From Felis catus (taxonomy: Eukaryota), in assembly GCF_018350175.1 (NCBI RefSeq), contig NC_058385.1, forward strand, positions 66,774,001 through 66,838,000: 64,000 bases of DNA. Reading direction: 5' to 3'. Below are positions 48,601 to 56,361 of this stretch, piece after piece. Made by a program: the position numbers and the translations under genes. Every line of letters starts with the position of its first letter. Positions within the stretch are counted from its first letter, which is position 1. Under the pieces are notes generated by a model, which was not told the origin of the DNA, did not search any database, and saw nothing but the letters and a program-made list of their open reading frames with translations.

Positions 48601-51419
48601 TTGCTTGATTAGCAAATGATAGTAATCACGATTATTACTGCTCCAAATAGGTTAGTCACAAACACGATGTCTTCAGTTGAAAAGACTCATTAATGATGGC
48701 AAAGGGATTGGGGGGAAGCGCAAAACAAAAAAGTAAATTTTCAATTCTCAGAATTGGCTAGGAAACCCTCTGTATCACAGCACCTTGGAAAATGTAATTT
48801 CCTGGCCAATATCCTACTGGCTTTGGAGTATTGTTTGTCAAGCATCTGTCTGTGCATCCTGGTCTGTGGACATATCCTTGGGACTTTGTAACTTTCCTAG
48901 TAGGCTTTTAAAATATGTATTTACTGCTGGTAATAACTTAAAAACTAAATATAAAGCATATTGAGTCATTAGGATGACCAAGGCTAGCACATGATTTCAA
49001 CGCCTGCATTTGTGTTTCTATTTATGAATGTGTATATGCCGAATAGCCATATTTTAATTGTTGCAAGCGAATGATAAAAGAACAGAGAACAGAGGGAGGT
49101 TTAATACAAAAATCACACATTTTAGCCAAGAGAAGTCCCGATTGTTTTATACGGAGTCTTACAAACAAAAGTTGCTCAGTTTTGGATAGAGAAACATAAT
49201 AGTAGAACTAAGAAATCGTGCACCACATCATATTTTAGACATGCTGCAACACAGAAGAAACCACATTATAGCCATCAGGACCATTTTAACATTGAGTGTA
49301 GTCATTTAATCCCGGCAAAATAACATGGTCTATTATGCTAAATCAATAACATGCATTTATTTGCACATTAGCAACTTGTATTTTACTAGTATTTAATTTT
49401 ATATATTTGTTTTGGTTATGTAACTGCTTCAAAACTACCAGCATTGTAGTTTGAAGCTTGTACATGTTCAAGTAACTTTCTAATACGAGTAATTCAAGTC
49501 ATTACCAGGACAGTTTTCTGTCCAAAAAGGTTTTGCATTTACTTATTTTGAAACACAGTCTTAGAACATATTCATTCCTTGTGCAATGTTAAATTCCATT
49601 AGTATTTTCTAAAATGTCCTACTGGCCATGCTCTCCATTGTAAGGCACTGTTAAGGGGACACCGATGGGAATGGAAACTGAGCTCCTAGATTACATTTTT
49701 ACATTAGCTACAAACATTGAAACAGACATTTGTTTGTGTGGGGAAAGATTTCTTTGCTTGGAAGTAATGCCTGATGATGACATTTTCAGGCCAGAGGATT
49801 GTGGAGGACCCACTGTGACAAGTCATTGGTGAATAATACTGGGCCCACGAGAGAGCCCAGTCATACCTATGATTTGGAGGGAAAATCAGTGCTTACAGGC
49901 TGTTGGGCCTCTGGCTCTCCATTCCCTGGTGCGTGGCTGAGAGGCTTCACGGCTGCCGAGGGTTGGATGTCCCCTTTGGGCAAATGTTGACTACCTTCTG
50001 AGAGGGAGTAAGACTGGCTCTGAAGATTCAAAAAAGAGATACATAAAAATGCTAGACCACTCACACAAGCCGGAGGCCCCATGGGGTTGACATTCAAAAG
50101 ATGAAAATGTCTTCCTGAACTGCTATGGCAGGGACTACTTATTCCTGAGGCCCTCTGTGGCTATCAGCAATATCTTAAAAGTAGGCTTCGGGGGCAGCTG
50201 GGTAGCTCAGTTGGTTAAGCGCCCGACTCTCAGTTTCAGCTTAGGTCACGATCTCACGGTTTCATGAGTTCGAGCCCTGCATTGGGCTCCTGCTGAGAGT
50301 GCAGAGCCTGCTTGGGATTCTGTCTCCCTCTCTCTGCCTCTCTCCCACTCACGCTGTCTTTGCCTCTCTCAAAATAAATAAATAAACTTAAAAAAAAAGT
50401 AGGCTTCAGTTTCTCTGAAAGATATACTGAATGTAAGGCTCATAATCTTGACTGGCAAGAAAATGTTATCTACAGAAGATTTTAAATATAACACCTCCCC
50501 AAAGAAGATATTTGTAGGCTTGCAACCATTGAGTGCAAATTCAGTTTATAGCAAAGGGAAAAAAACCTTCATAAACAAAGCGATAGTTTACAGAACATTT
50601 TTGAATTTTTTTTTGTCTTTGCTTCTAGTTTACATACAATAAGTCATTTCTTGCCAGGGGAAGCTACAGTTGGTGCAGTAAAACCGTGTTAAAATTTTTA
50701 TTGCAACAGTTTTAGATATACATTTTTCAATGTAAAAAAAAAAATCACAATTTAACTCAGACCTGCCTTGTGTGTCGTTGGTTTCAAATGGTAGTATTTT
50801 AGTCAATTTTTAGTCATTAATAGTTTATGGACACAGTATTCACATGAGCGTAGACATTTCAGAATAAAAACCTAAATGTTAAGTCCATTCCTTGGATATC
50901 TGCAAATATCTGATTATTTGATGCTGCTTAGAACTAATACTGCTTAGAAATAATATTTTCACTTTTCAGTCCAAGTTATATGGCCTTGGCCTCATAGGAG
51001 TACTTTTGCCTTGGTTTACGGATATTTGTAACATGAACCTGTCTTCCCCACAAAACCCTTATGGGCAGAGCCTACCAGATTTTATGCAACTTTGCTACAA
51101 CTAACAGCTTTAATCATACATTCCACAAACACGTATTAACCATTTGCTCTCTGTGGGGCACTGTTTACTATCTTGTTTTAAATACTTCTCTTTAGCCTCT
51201 CCTAAGAGATTTTTGACCAATGGAGAAAAAAATATATTCCAAATGCATTTTAAAAGCATGGTATGCTGTTGCGAAAACCAACGGTAAGGAGTAATCACAA
51301 TGGTATAGTGCAAAATTATTAATCATGATTTCATAGTTTAAATTTCTCCACATGCTAACTAAAATGAAAACTTTGTTTGATTCCCAAAGGCAATAAATAC
51401 TTACATGACGATTGCCCAT
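620..51419 (-). CDS. ANXA13: Annexin A13, spliced CDS: join(51405-51419,[49897-50019 cassette],27614-27689,19673-19767,15742-15912,13390-13423,13205-13284,12533-12601,11781-11882,7058-7133,3612-3724,620-739); 316 aa (13a) / 357 aa (13b)
   Basis: All exons have AG/GT flanks and compatible phases. Total is 951 nt with no internal stop. Four annexin repeats with GxGT(D)E-type loops (KGMGTDE, KGLGTDE, RWGTDE, KGAGTDE), N-terminus MGNRH and C-terminus LLVALLH are characteristic of ANXA13. Confidence 0.98.
948..994. repeat. (TA)n microsatellite
   Basis: About 23 perfect TA units. Confidence 0.95.
1000..1156. mobile_element. MER58B-like hAT MITE fragment
   Basis: Resembles the recalled MER58B consensus and ends in ...tttgctgactcttg. 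Confidence 0.5.
2580..3169. mobile_element. MER113-like hAT-Charlie element, interrupted in its TIR by a SINE
   Basis: gggcgatatcgctcccaacagggcaaaa near the 5' end; aaaaaggttga[SINE]gaaatactg TIR at the 3' end. Confidence 0.5.
2914..3149 (+). mobile_element. Can-SINE (SINEC_Fc-type)
   Basis: tRNA-derived head, (CT)n tract and A tail; TSD aaaaaggttgag. Confidence 0.92.
3612..3724 (-). CDS. ANXA13: ANXA13 exon 10, (V)[37 protein letters not shown]
   Basis: gcccag|TG AGG...GAG|gtaaga; 113 nt. Confidence 0.96.
5170..5325. mobile_element. MER5A-like element
   Basis: ggagattctaat...gggcccaggaatctgtatttt motif. Confidence 0.55.
6641..7033. mobile_element. ERVL solo LTR (LTR16-like)
   Basis: TG...CA termini (tgtagtggatgcc...cccaccctaagtca); 5-bp TSD gagac/gggac. 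Confidence 0.6.
7058..7133 (-). CDS. ANXA13: ANXA13 exon 9, [25 protein letters not shown](V)
   Basis: ttccag|CTC...CTT G|gtaaag; 76 nt. Confidence 0.94.
9803..10002 (-). mobile_element. Can-SINE nested in a MER5A-like element (about 9685-10105)
   Basis: Reverse SINE head cccaggtgcc; MER5A sequence continues on both sides. Confidence 0.85.
10149..10205. repeat. (CA)n imperfect microsatellite
   Basis: Read directly. Confidence 0.85.
11070..11284 (-). mobile_element. Can-SINE nested in a MIR
   Basis: TSD tattatttaact; MIR core cccattttacaaatgagga downstream. Confidence 0.9.
11466..11681. mobile_element. MER20 hAT MITE
   Basis: ggggctgtcctgtgcattgtaggatg core; cag...ctg ends. Confidence 0.7.
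11781..11882 (-). CDS. ANXA13: ANXA13 exon 8, [34 protein letters not shown]
   Basis: ctgcag|GCA...ATT|gtaagt; 102 nt. Confidence 0.96.
12126..12349 (-). mobile_element. Can-SINE (SINEC_Fc2-type)
   Basis: Perfect 19-bp TSD aagaataggaacaattctt (12107-12125 / 12350-12368). Confidence 0.95.
12533..12601 (-). CDS. ANXA13: ANXA13 exon 7, [23 protein letters not shown]
   Basis: ttctag|GCT...GAT|gtaagt; 69 nt. Confidence 0.94.
13007..13200 (+). mobile_element. MLT1E-like MaLR LTR 5' fragment
   Basis: cccttcccttgagtgcgg...cctgtgaat...gattttacaggtgcaattaaggtc...ggtgggcctga. Confidence 0.6.
13205..13284 (-). CDS. ANXA13: ANXA13 exon 6, (L)[26 protein letters not shown]
   Basis: cgaaag|TG TTT...CAG|gtaaga; 80 nt, separated from exon 5 by a 105-nt intron. 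Confidence 0.94.
13390..13423 (-). CDS. ANXA13: ANXA13 exon 5, [11 protein letters not shown](L)
   Basis: tcctag|GAG ATC ATG...AGG T|gtaagt; 34 nt. Not in the ORF track; read manually. Confidence 0.94.
13780..14230 (-). mobile_element. Old L1 (L1ME-like) fragment
   Basis: ggttgcttccaatttttt and related antisense L1 3' motifs. Confidence 0.5.
15742..15912 (-). CDS. ANXA13: ANXA13 exon 4, [16 protein letters not shown]...[19 protein letters not shown]
   Basis: ctccag|GAC...AAG|gtgagt; 171 nt. Confidence 0.96.
16390..16561 (-). mobile_element. Can-SINE (older subfamily)
   Basis: gactgagccacccagg reverse head with an aatcaagagt insert. Confidence 0.88.
17177..17393 (-). mobile_element. Can-SINE nested in a MIR
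   Basis: TSD agactca(c/a)ctc; MIR flanks about 17095-17500. Confidence 0.9.
18888..19105 (+). mobile_element. Can-SINE
   Basis: TSD ggttaaattgt. Confidence 0.93.
19673..19767 (-). CDS. ANXA13: ANXA13 exon 3, (G)[31 protein letters not shown]
   Basis: ctttag|GA ACT...AAG|gtgatt; 95 nt. Confidence 0.95.
20016..20564 (+). mobile_element. L1MB-like 3' end (spans an N gap), inserted in an L2 fragment
   Basis: L1MB 3' UTR motifs, aataaa plus A tail, possible TSD agtatgg(c/t)ct. Confidence 0.75.
20863..20968 (-). mobile_element. Can-SINE, tail hidden by a gap
   Basis: Reverse SINE head next to an N run. Confidence 0.85.
21263..21586. mobile_element. Tigger2a-like TcMar DNA transposon
   Basis: TIRs ccattgacccttgaataata / tgttcaaaggtcaacta, flanked by TA. 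Confidence 0.75.
21760..22013 (+). mobile_element. MLT1B/C-like LTR 3' part
   Basis: aataaatttctgctg...ggcagccctaggaaactaat end. Confidence 0.7.
24593..25165 (-). mobile_element. MLT1C/D-like solo LTR containing a short old Can-SINE (about 24870-24983, minus)
   Basis: tgtgttagtttcctgaggct...aaggtcacattcacaggttc...taca. Confidence 0.7.
25555..25715. mobile_element. MER5A-like element
   Basis: cagcatcagcatcacctgggagctt motif. Confidence 0.6.
27614..27689 (-). CDS. ANXA13: ANXA13 exon 2, [25 protein letters not shown](G)
   Basis: ctccag|GCC...ATG G|gtatgg; 76 nt. Confidence 0.95.
29770..29943. mobile_element. MER91A-like hAT element
   Basis: caggacc...tgcaaaataaaaatgtagggg...gtcctg termini. 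Confidence 0.55.
31795..31840. repeat. (ATCT)n tetranucleotide STR
   Basis: About 11 perfect units. Confidence 0.95.
34785..34965. mobile_element. MIR
   Basis: gcacttactatgtgccaggcact...ctattttgcagttgagaaaa core. Confidence 0.7.
35532..35873 (+). mobile_element. L1MA-like 3' end
   Basis: agagagtagatcttaaatgttct...tatgtcaattatatctcaa motifs. Confidence 0.75.
36581..36885. mobile_element. MER81-like MITE (36581-36686) next to a MER63-like hAT element
   Basis: TIRs taaggtggccaa / ttggtcacccaa. Confidence 0.55.
37596..37813 (-). mobile_element. Can-SINE with a long (GA)n tract, nested in a MER5B-like element
   Basis: TSD tgagat(a)gtttt. Confidence 0.9.
38260..38458. mobile_element. MER58A nested in an older Charlie-type hAT relic (about 38105-38775)
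   Basis: ttggcaaactatgg...aataaagttttactggaaca core. Confidence 0.65.
39298..39524 (+). mobile_element. Young SINEC_Fc
   Basis: Diagnostic ggcgcagtcgg / cagccaggtcacga; perfect TSD aaacacagtttca. Confidence 0.95.
39809..40012 (+). mobile_element. Can-SINE
   Basis: 16-bp TSD with CpG decay. Confidence 0.92.
40492..40718 (-). mobile_element. Young SINEC_Fc
   Basis: TSD atcatttct; CpGs largely intact. Confidence 0.95.
44279..44714 (+). mobile_element. MLT1C-like full solo LTR nested in an L2 region
   Basis: TG...CA termini; TSD cttgg/ctttg. Confidence 0.75.
45558..45798 (-). mobile_element. Can-SINE with a long (GA)n tract
   Basis: Reverse head gagccacccaggtgcccc. Confidence 0.9.
47028..47242 (+). 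mobile_element. Can-SINE
   Basis: Full head, body and tail; decayed TSD gacttt..aatg. Confidence 0.92.
47944..48290. mobile_element. Tandem MER5B- and MER5A-like elements
   Basis: gaaccacctggggagc, aaaactccccggtgattc and tctgcatttctaacaagc motifs. Confidence 0.6.
49897..50019 (-). CDS. ANXA13: ANXA13 alternative cassette exon (isoform 13b), 41 aa [41 protein letters not shown]
   Basis: ttcag|AGC...CCT|gtaagc; 123 nt, phase 0/0. Matches the known 41-aa 13b N-terminal insert. Confidence 0.93.
50190..50394 (+). mobile_element. Can-SINE
   Basis: Perfect TSD aaaagtaggcttc. Confidence 0.93.
51405..51419 (-). CDS. ANXA13: ANXA13 exon 1 coding part, MGNRH (Gly2 myristoylation site)
   Basis: Minus strand reads aaaATG GGC AAT CGT CAT|gtaagt: good Kozak context and a consensus donor. 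Confidence 0.95.
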
Positions 51420-51482
51420 TTTCGTTTTTCTAAGATAGTTGTTCTGTATTTCATTAAGAGATCAGGTCTCCTTCAGGCCAAG

Positions 51483-51491
51483 TTTATAATA
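51483..51491 (-). promoter_or_regulatory. TATA box (TATTATAAA) of ANXA13
   Basis: About 65 nt upstream of the ATG, implying a TSS near 51455. Confidence 0.7.
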
Positions 51492-51519
51492 GTTTTCCCA
51501 GGGCGTAATATCTCTTGTG

Positions 51520-51532
51520 TTTAATAAGTAAC
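51520..51532 (-). promoter_or_regulatory. HNF1-like site GTTACTTATTAAA
   Basis: 2 mismatches to the HNF1 consensus GTTAATNATTAAC, about 30 nt upstream of the TATA box; fits an enterocyte-expressed gene. Confidence 0.6.
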
Positions 51533-51673
51533 TCTTGGCATTGAATTTGAATACATTATTGGGGATGGGTAGGGAGTGGTGAGAGCTACAAATGAGCTTA
51601 AGCTTCCCAAGCTACTTTGTAGACCATCTTTTTAAAATAAAATATTTATTAATACATCAAGTATGGGCTTTTT

Positions 51674-51895
51674 TTTTTTTTAAATTTTTTTTCAACGTTT
51701 ATTTATTTTTGGGACAGAGAGAGACAGAGCATGAACGGGGGAGGGGCAGAGAGAGAGGGAGACACAGAATCGGAAACAGGCTCCAGGCTCTGAGCCATCA
51801 GCCCAGAGCCTGACGCGGGGCTTGAACTCACGGAGCGCGAGATCGTGACCTGGCTGAAGTCGGACGCTTAACCGACTGCGCCACCCAGGCGCCCC
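51674..51895 (-). mobile_element. Young SINEC_Fc in the ANXA13 proximal promoter
   Basis: Perfect TSD aagtatgggcttttt (51659-51673 / 51896-51910). Confidence 0.95.
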
Positions 51896-52850
51896 AAGTA
51901 TGGGCTTTTTAAGTTGAATAGAGAGCTGCTTTTCAACTAAAGGGCTAAACCTGTCTCACTTCTGGATTATTGAAAGGGTCATAATTTGTTTATTTTGGGT
52001 GTTTATTTAAAATTTTATAGCTTGTAATAATAAAAGCATTAACCGAACAAGACTGAAAAATCTTACCGTTTTACTAATATCACCATTATTATTACACAGA
52101 ATCTTTTTGAGGGTAACATTGAGTTATGTTAACATCATCTTTATAATCTAGCTGGTTTTTGAATTAAAAAGTAACATGTGCAGATGGTAGTTTTTTTTCT
52201 AATAGTGTGAAAAGGTACTGTGAAAAGTAAACCTACTGACTTCCCAGGCCCTCCTCCTCGGTGGCTTCTTGTGAGTCCTTCCAGAAATTGTTTGCATACA
52301 CAGCCATGNNNNNNNNNNNNNNNNNNNNNNNNNNNNNNNNNNNNNNNNNNNNNNNNNNNNNNNNNNNNNNNNNNNNNNNNNNNNNNNNNNNNNNNNNNNN
52401 NNNNNNNNNNNNNNNNNNNNNNNNNNNNNNNNNNNNNNNNNNCGTGGGTTTATACAATGCATTCTTTTCCATGCCTTGTATGCTTCATATACTAAAGACA
52501 TAATATGACACGGACACATTTCTTTTTCAGTGACCACATAGTAGTTTACTATGAATATGAACCAAACCTTACATCATCAGTCCACTCTTCAAGGTCATTT
52601 TGGGTTTTTTGTGTGAGTATTTTCATTTATACATCTTTGCCTGTGTGTGCGTGTTTATCTATAGAATAAAATCTAAAGATGTAATTGCTGGACAAAGAGT
52701 AAATGCATTTACAATTCTGACGGATCTTGCCCAGCTGTCCTCTGCACAGGTATTGAAACATTGAACTACTCTCAAAGTCCAGCTAACCCATGAGCCTGAC
52801 TTCATTTTTTAAAATTAATTAATTTAATTATTTTGTGAGACTGACTTTCT

Positions 52851-53070
52851 TATTTTTATTTTTTTTAAATGGCTATTTATTTTTGAGAGAGACAGACACA
52901 GAATGTGAATGGGTTAGGGGCAGAGAGAGAGGGAGACACAGAACCCGAAGCAGGCTCCAGGCTCCGAGCTGTCAGCACAGAGCCCAACGCGGGGCTCGAA
53001 CTCACCAGCTGTGAGATCATGACCTGAACCGAAGTCAGACGTTCAACAGACTGAGCCACCCAGGCACCCC
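52851..53070 (-). mobile_element. Can-SINE
   Basis: TSD gagactgactttct. Confidence 0.93.
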
Positions 53071-53247
53071 AGAGACTGACTTTCTAAAGACAAAATGTAT
53101 ATCCCCCTAAAATAATATGCCAGTGTCCATATTTTTCTACATACTGGCCACACTAAATATTATGAGAGTTTTTCATTTCTTCCAATTTCAAAGATGAAAA
53201 ATGGTTATCTCAGTGTTTAATGTACATTCCTTTCTTTTGATATTCTT

Positions 53248-53369
53248 TTTGTTTCTATATAGCATCATTTTAATTTTTTTTTTCTGTAAATTTTTACTTA
53301 AATTCTAGTTAGCTAGCATGTAGTGTAATACTGTTCTCAGGAGCAGAATTTAGTCATTGATCACTTACA
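53248..53369 (-). mobile_element. Short 5'-truncated carnivore L1 3' end
   Basis: ttaaattctagttagctagcatgtagtg...gaatttagt; TSD ttcttttgatattctt. Confidence 0.6.
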
Positions 53370-53376
53370 TTCTTTT

Positions 53377-53603
53377 TTTTTTAATATATTTAAAAATTTT
53401 TTTTAATGTTTATTTATTTTTGAGAGAGAGACGGAGCATGAACAGGGGAGGGGCAGAGAGAGAGGGAGACACAGAATTGGAAGCAGGCTCCAGGCTCCGA
53501 GCCATCAGCCCAGAGCCCGACGCAGGGCTCGAACTCACGGACAGCGAGATCATGACCTGAGCTGAAGTCGGACGCTTAACCGACTGAGCCACCCAGGCAC
53601 CCC
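53377..53603 (-). mobile_element. Can-SINE
   Basis: TSD tcacttacattctttt. Confidence 0.93.
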
Positions 53604-54403
53604 TCACTTACATTCTTTTGATATTCTTGATATTATATATCACTTCCCTTAAAAGTCATTTGCATGAATTTTTCTGTGGTCTGCTTATGTCCTTTATTTT
53701 TATTTTGAGTTATAAGTCTTTTCGTTATTTATTTATAACAACATTTTATAATAAGATCTAGGCCTTTGTCAAATGTAACAATTATTTCCCCCCAATTTGT
53801 TGTTCATCTTTTGTTTCCGTTTGAGTGTGTTTTGTGCATATATGTGTGAGTGCAAAAAGCGTTAGTTTTTATGGATGTATTGACTTGCTTAGAAAAACAT
53901 CTCTACATTGAGATGATCAAAACTTCTTGTACATTTTCTTCAAGTTTTTTAATGGCTTCTTTTTTAAAGGCTTACATCTTTGATCCATTGTAATTGACTT
54001 GATGTAGAATAAGGAAAGAATGGATTCAGATTTAGTTTTGGTTATTCAATAAAGCCTAGATAGTTATTAAATAATTCATCGTTCCTCATCTAGCCCAAGA
54101 TTCCATCTTTATTTATTTTTTTCAAGATTCCATTTTTTTATGCTAAATTCCCATATAATATAGTGTTAAAAATTCTGGTAGGTTTATTAAATTCTGATTG
54201 TATATATTTATACTTTTGTTCTTTCACCTTTATCTATTGAGTGCCTTGGATGTGCTAATTGGTAGGACTATAACGGGGATCAAGATAGATTTGAATTTTC
54301 TCTTCCTAGAATATAGTCCAATGGAGGAGCTATTAAAAAAAAAAACCATTACAACATATTGTACAGCTTGTGAAGAAAATCAACAGGATGCTATGATAGA
54401 GGA

Positions 54404-54406
<3 letters not shown>

Positions 54407-54445
<39 letters not shown>
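54407..54445. repeat. (TG)n microsatellite
   Basis: About 19 units. Confidence 0.95.
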
Positions 54446-54448
<3 letters not shown>

Positions 54449-55591
54449 TTACTTTAAAAAGAGGTAAGGCTCTTCAAGGAGATAACATTTAAGCTGTGAA
54501 CAAAAGGATGAGAAGGAACCCATCATTTGAAAAGAGAGTGTTCTAAATCAGATGCTCATAGTTTACGCTGAGGATCAGAAATAAGAAAGAGCTTTGCTAA
54601 TTGCAGGAAAAGAAAGATGGTGAGTGAGGCTGGATTCTACAATGCGCCAGGTGGGGGGACAGGTGCAGGAGGCAAACAAGACAAAACCCTCCTCCAGGAA
54701 TTTGCAGTGAATGTGGGGGGAGGGGAATGACAAGAAGACATGAATTAGCAACTTAGACTTTGACCATTCTCTATGATTTTGGCCTTGAAGTGTCTAATTT
54801 GGGCTCTGTAGCCCAAATTGGGACTCCCAGCCCCAGACTTTTCAGGGACAAGTTGTCTAGCTCCATGTCTCTCTGCTGGTTTGGAAACACCCTCTGCGTC
54901 ACTAACCCTTCCTAGAGTGCTTGATCAGTGAAGTCTCACTCCCTCCCTTCCTCCCTTACCCCAGGCTGTCAAAGCTCAAAGTTCAGGAGGAACAGGGCAA
55001 TTTCATGTGCAATGATCGAAGTGGAGATAAGTTCTGTTTAGGGCTCACAGGAACTGGTACAGTAGAGATATAGTTTATGGCCCCAGGGAGGTGAGATAGA
55101 AAGCTTAGAAGCCAAGTGAGAAGTTGACAGACCCTTTTATTTTTCTAGAATGCCACCACTATAGCCACCTCTTGATAATTTCACTTTGCCCATGCTCAAG
55201 TTTGGATCTGACTGGAACAGAGCTGTTCTAGTGTCATCTTCTTTCTGCTTCCCCGGCTGGATGGGCCCACAGGAAGGTGGCTGGAATAATTCCCAGCAAG
55301 AGCAGCAGGAGGAAGGAAAGGGAATTCCCTGTGACCCCAGGTCATTTCTGGGAGGTCGTCATGGTTGGGGGCCCAGTGGGAAAGGAGAGAATCGGCCTGG
55401 GAAAGAAGACGAAGCAGACATTTTAGGAGAGAGGGCACAGAACAGTGAGGGAAGGGTTTTTGTTTGTTTGTTTGTTTTACTATCATCTTACAGATTTAGT
55501 GATTCCAAATTATTACAGGTGCCTCATATTTTTCTCTACTAGACCTCTACTAGGTCTGTTCATTTACATCTCTTGAACTTTGGTGGTTTTC

Positions 55592-55810
55592 TTTTTTTTT
55601 TTTTTAATGTTTATTTATTTTTGAGACAGAGAGAGACACAGCATGAGCAGGGAAGGGGCAGAGAGAGAGAGGGAGACACAGAATGTGAAGCAGGCTCCAG
55701 GCTCTGAGCTGTCAGCACAGAGCCCGACGCAGGGCTTGAACTCACCAACTGTGAGATCATGACCTGAGCCGAAGTTGGACGCTTAACCCACTGAGCCACC
55801 CAGGCGCCCC
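55592..55810 (-). mobile_element. Can-SINE
   Basis: Perfect 17-bp TSD gaactttggtggttttc. Confidence 0.95.
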
Positions 55811-55976
55811 GAACTTTGGTGGTTTTCAAAGTGGTGATGTCAGCCAAAGTTCTAATCTCCTTCTAACCTTATGGGTCTCCATAGCAAGTCATAGATCAGT
55901 CTTGTCAAAGAAAGTCTCTCTTTCTGTATCACCCACCAAGGTTAAGCTTCTAACACTTCTTAACCATGTCATTTAT

Positions 55977-56175
55977 GGGACACCTGGCTGGTTCAGTCGG
56001 TTGAGTGTCTGACTCGTGATTTCAGCTCAGGTCATGATCTCACAGTTCATGAGATCGAGCCCCGCGTGAGGCTCCATGCTGACAGCATGGACGGAGCCTG
56101 CTTGGGATTCTCTGTCTCTCCCTCTCTCTCTGCCCTCCCCCCTCAAAATAAATAAATGAACATTTTTTTAAAAAA
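55977..56175 (+). mobile_element. Can-SINE
   Basis: TSD gtcatttat. Confidence 0.9.
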
Positions 56176-56186
56176 GGTCATTTATA

Positions 56187-56361
56187 GGGGCACCTGGGTG
56201 GCTCTGTCGTTTAAGCATCTGACTTCGGCTCACATCATGATCTCGTGGTTTGTGGGTTCGAGCCCTGTGTGGGGCTCTGTGCTGACAGCTCAGAGCCTGG
56301 AGCCTGCTTCCAATTCTGTGCTCCCTCTCTCTCTGCCCCTCCCCTGCTCACACTCTGTCTC
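56187..56361 (+). mobile_element. Can-SINE lacking its A tail
   Basis: Body ends in the (CT) tract and joins the poly-T of the next SINE. Confidence 0.9.

Larger units (their letters stand above)
20135..52442. other. Five assembly gaps: 20135-20288, 20727-20862, 26728-26868, 35384-35531, 52309-52442
   Basis: N runs of 154, 136, 141, 148 and 134 nt. Confidence 0.99.
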
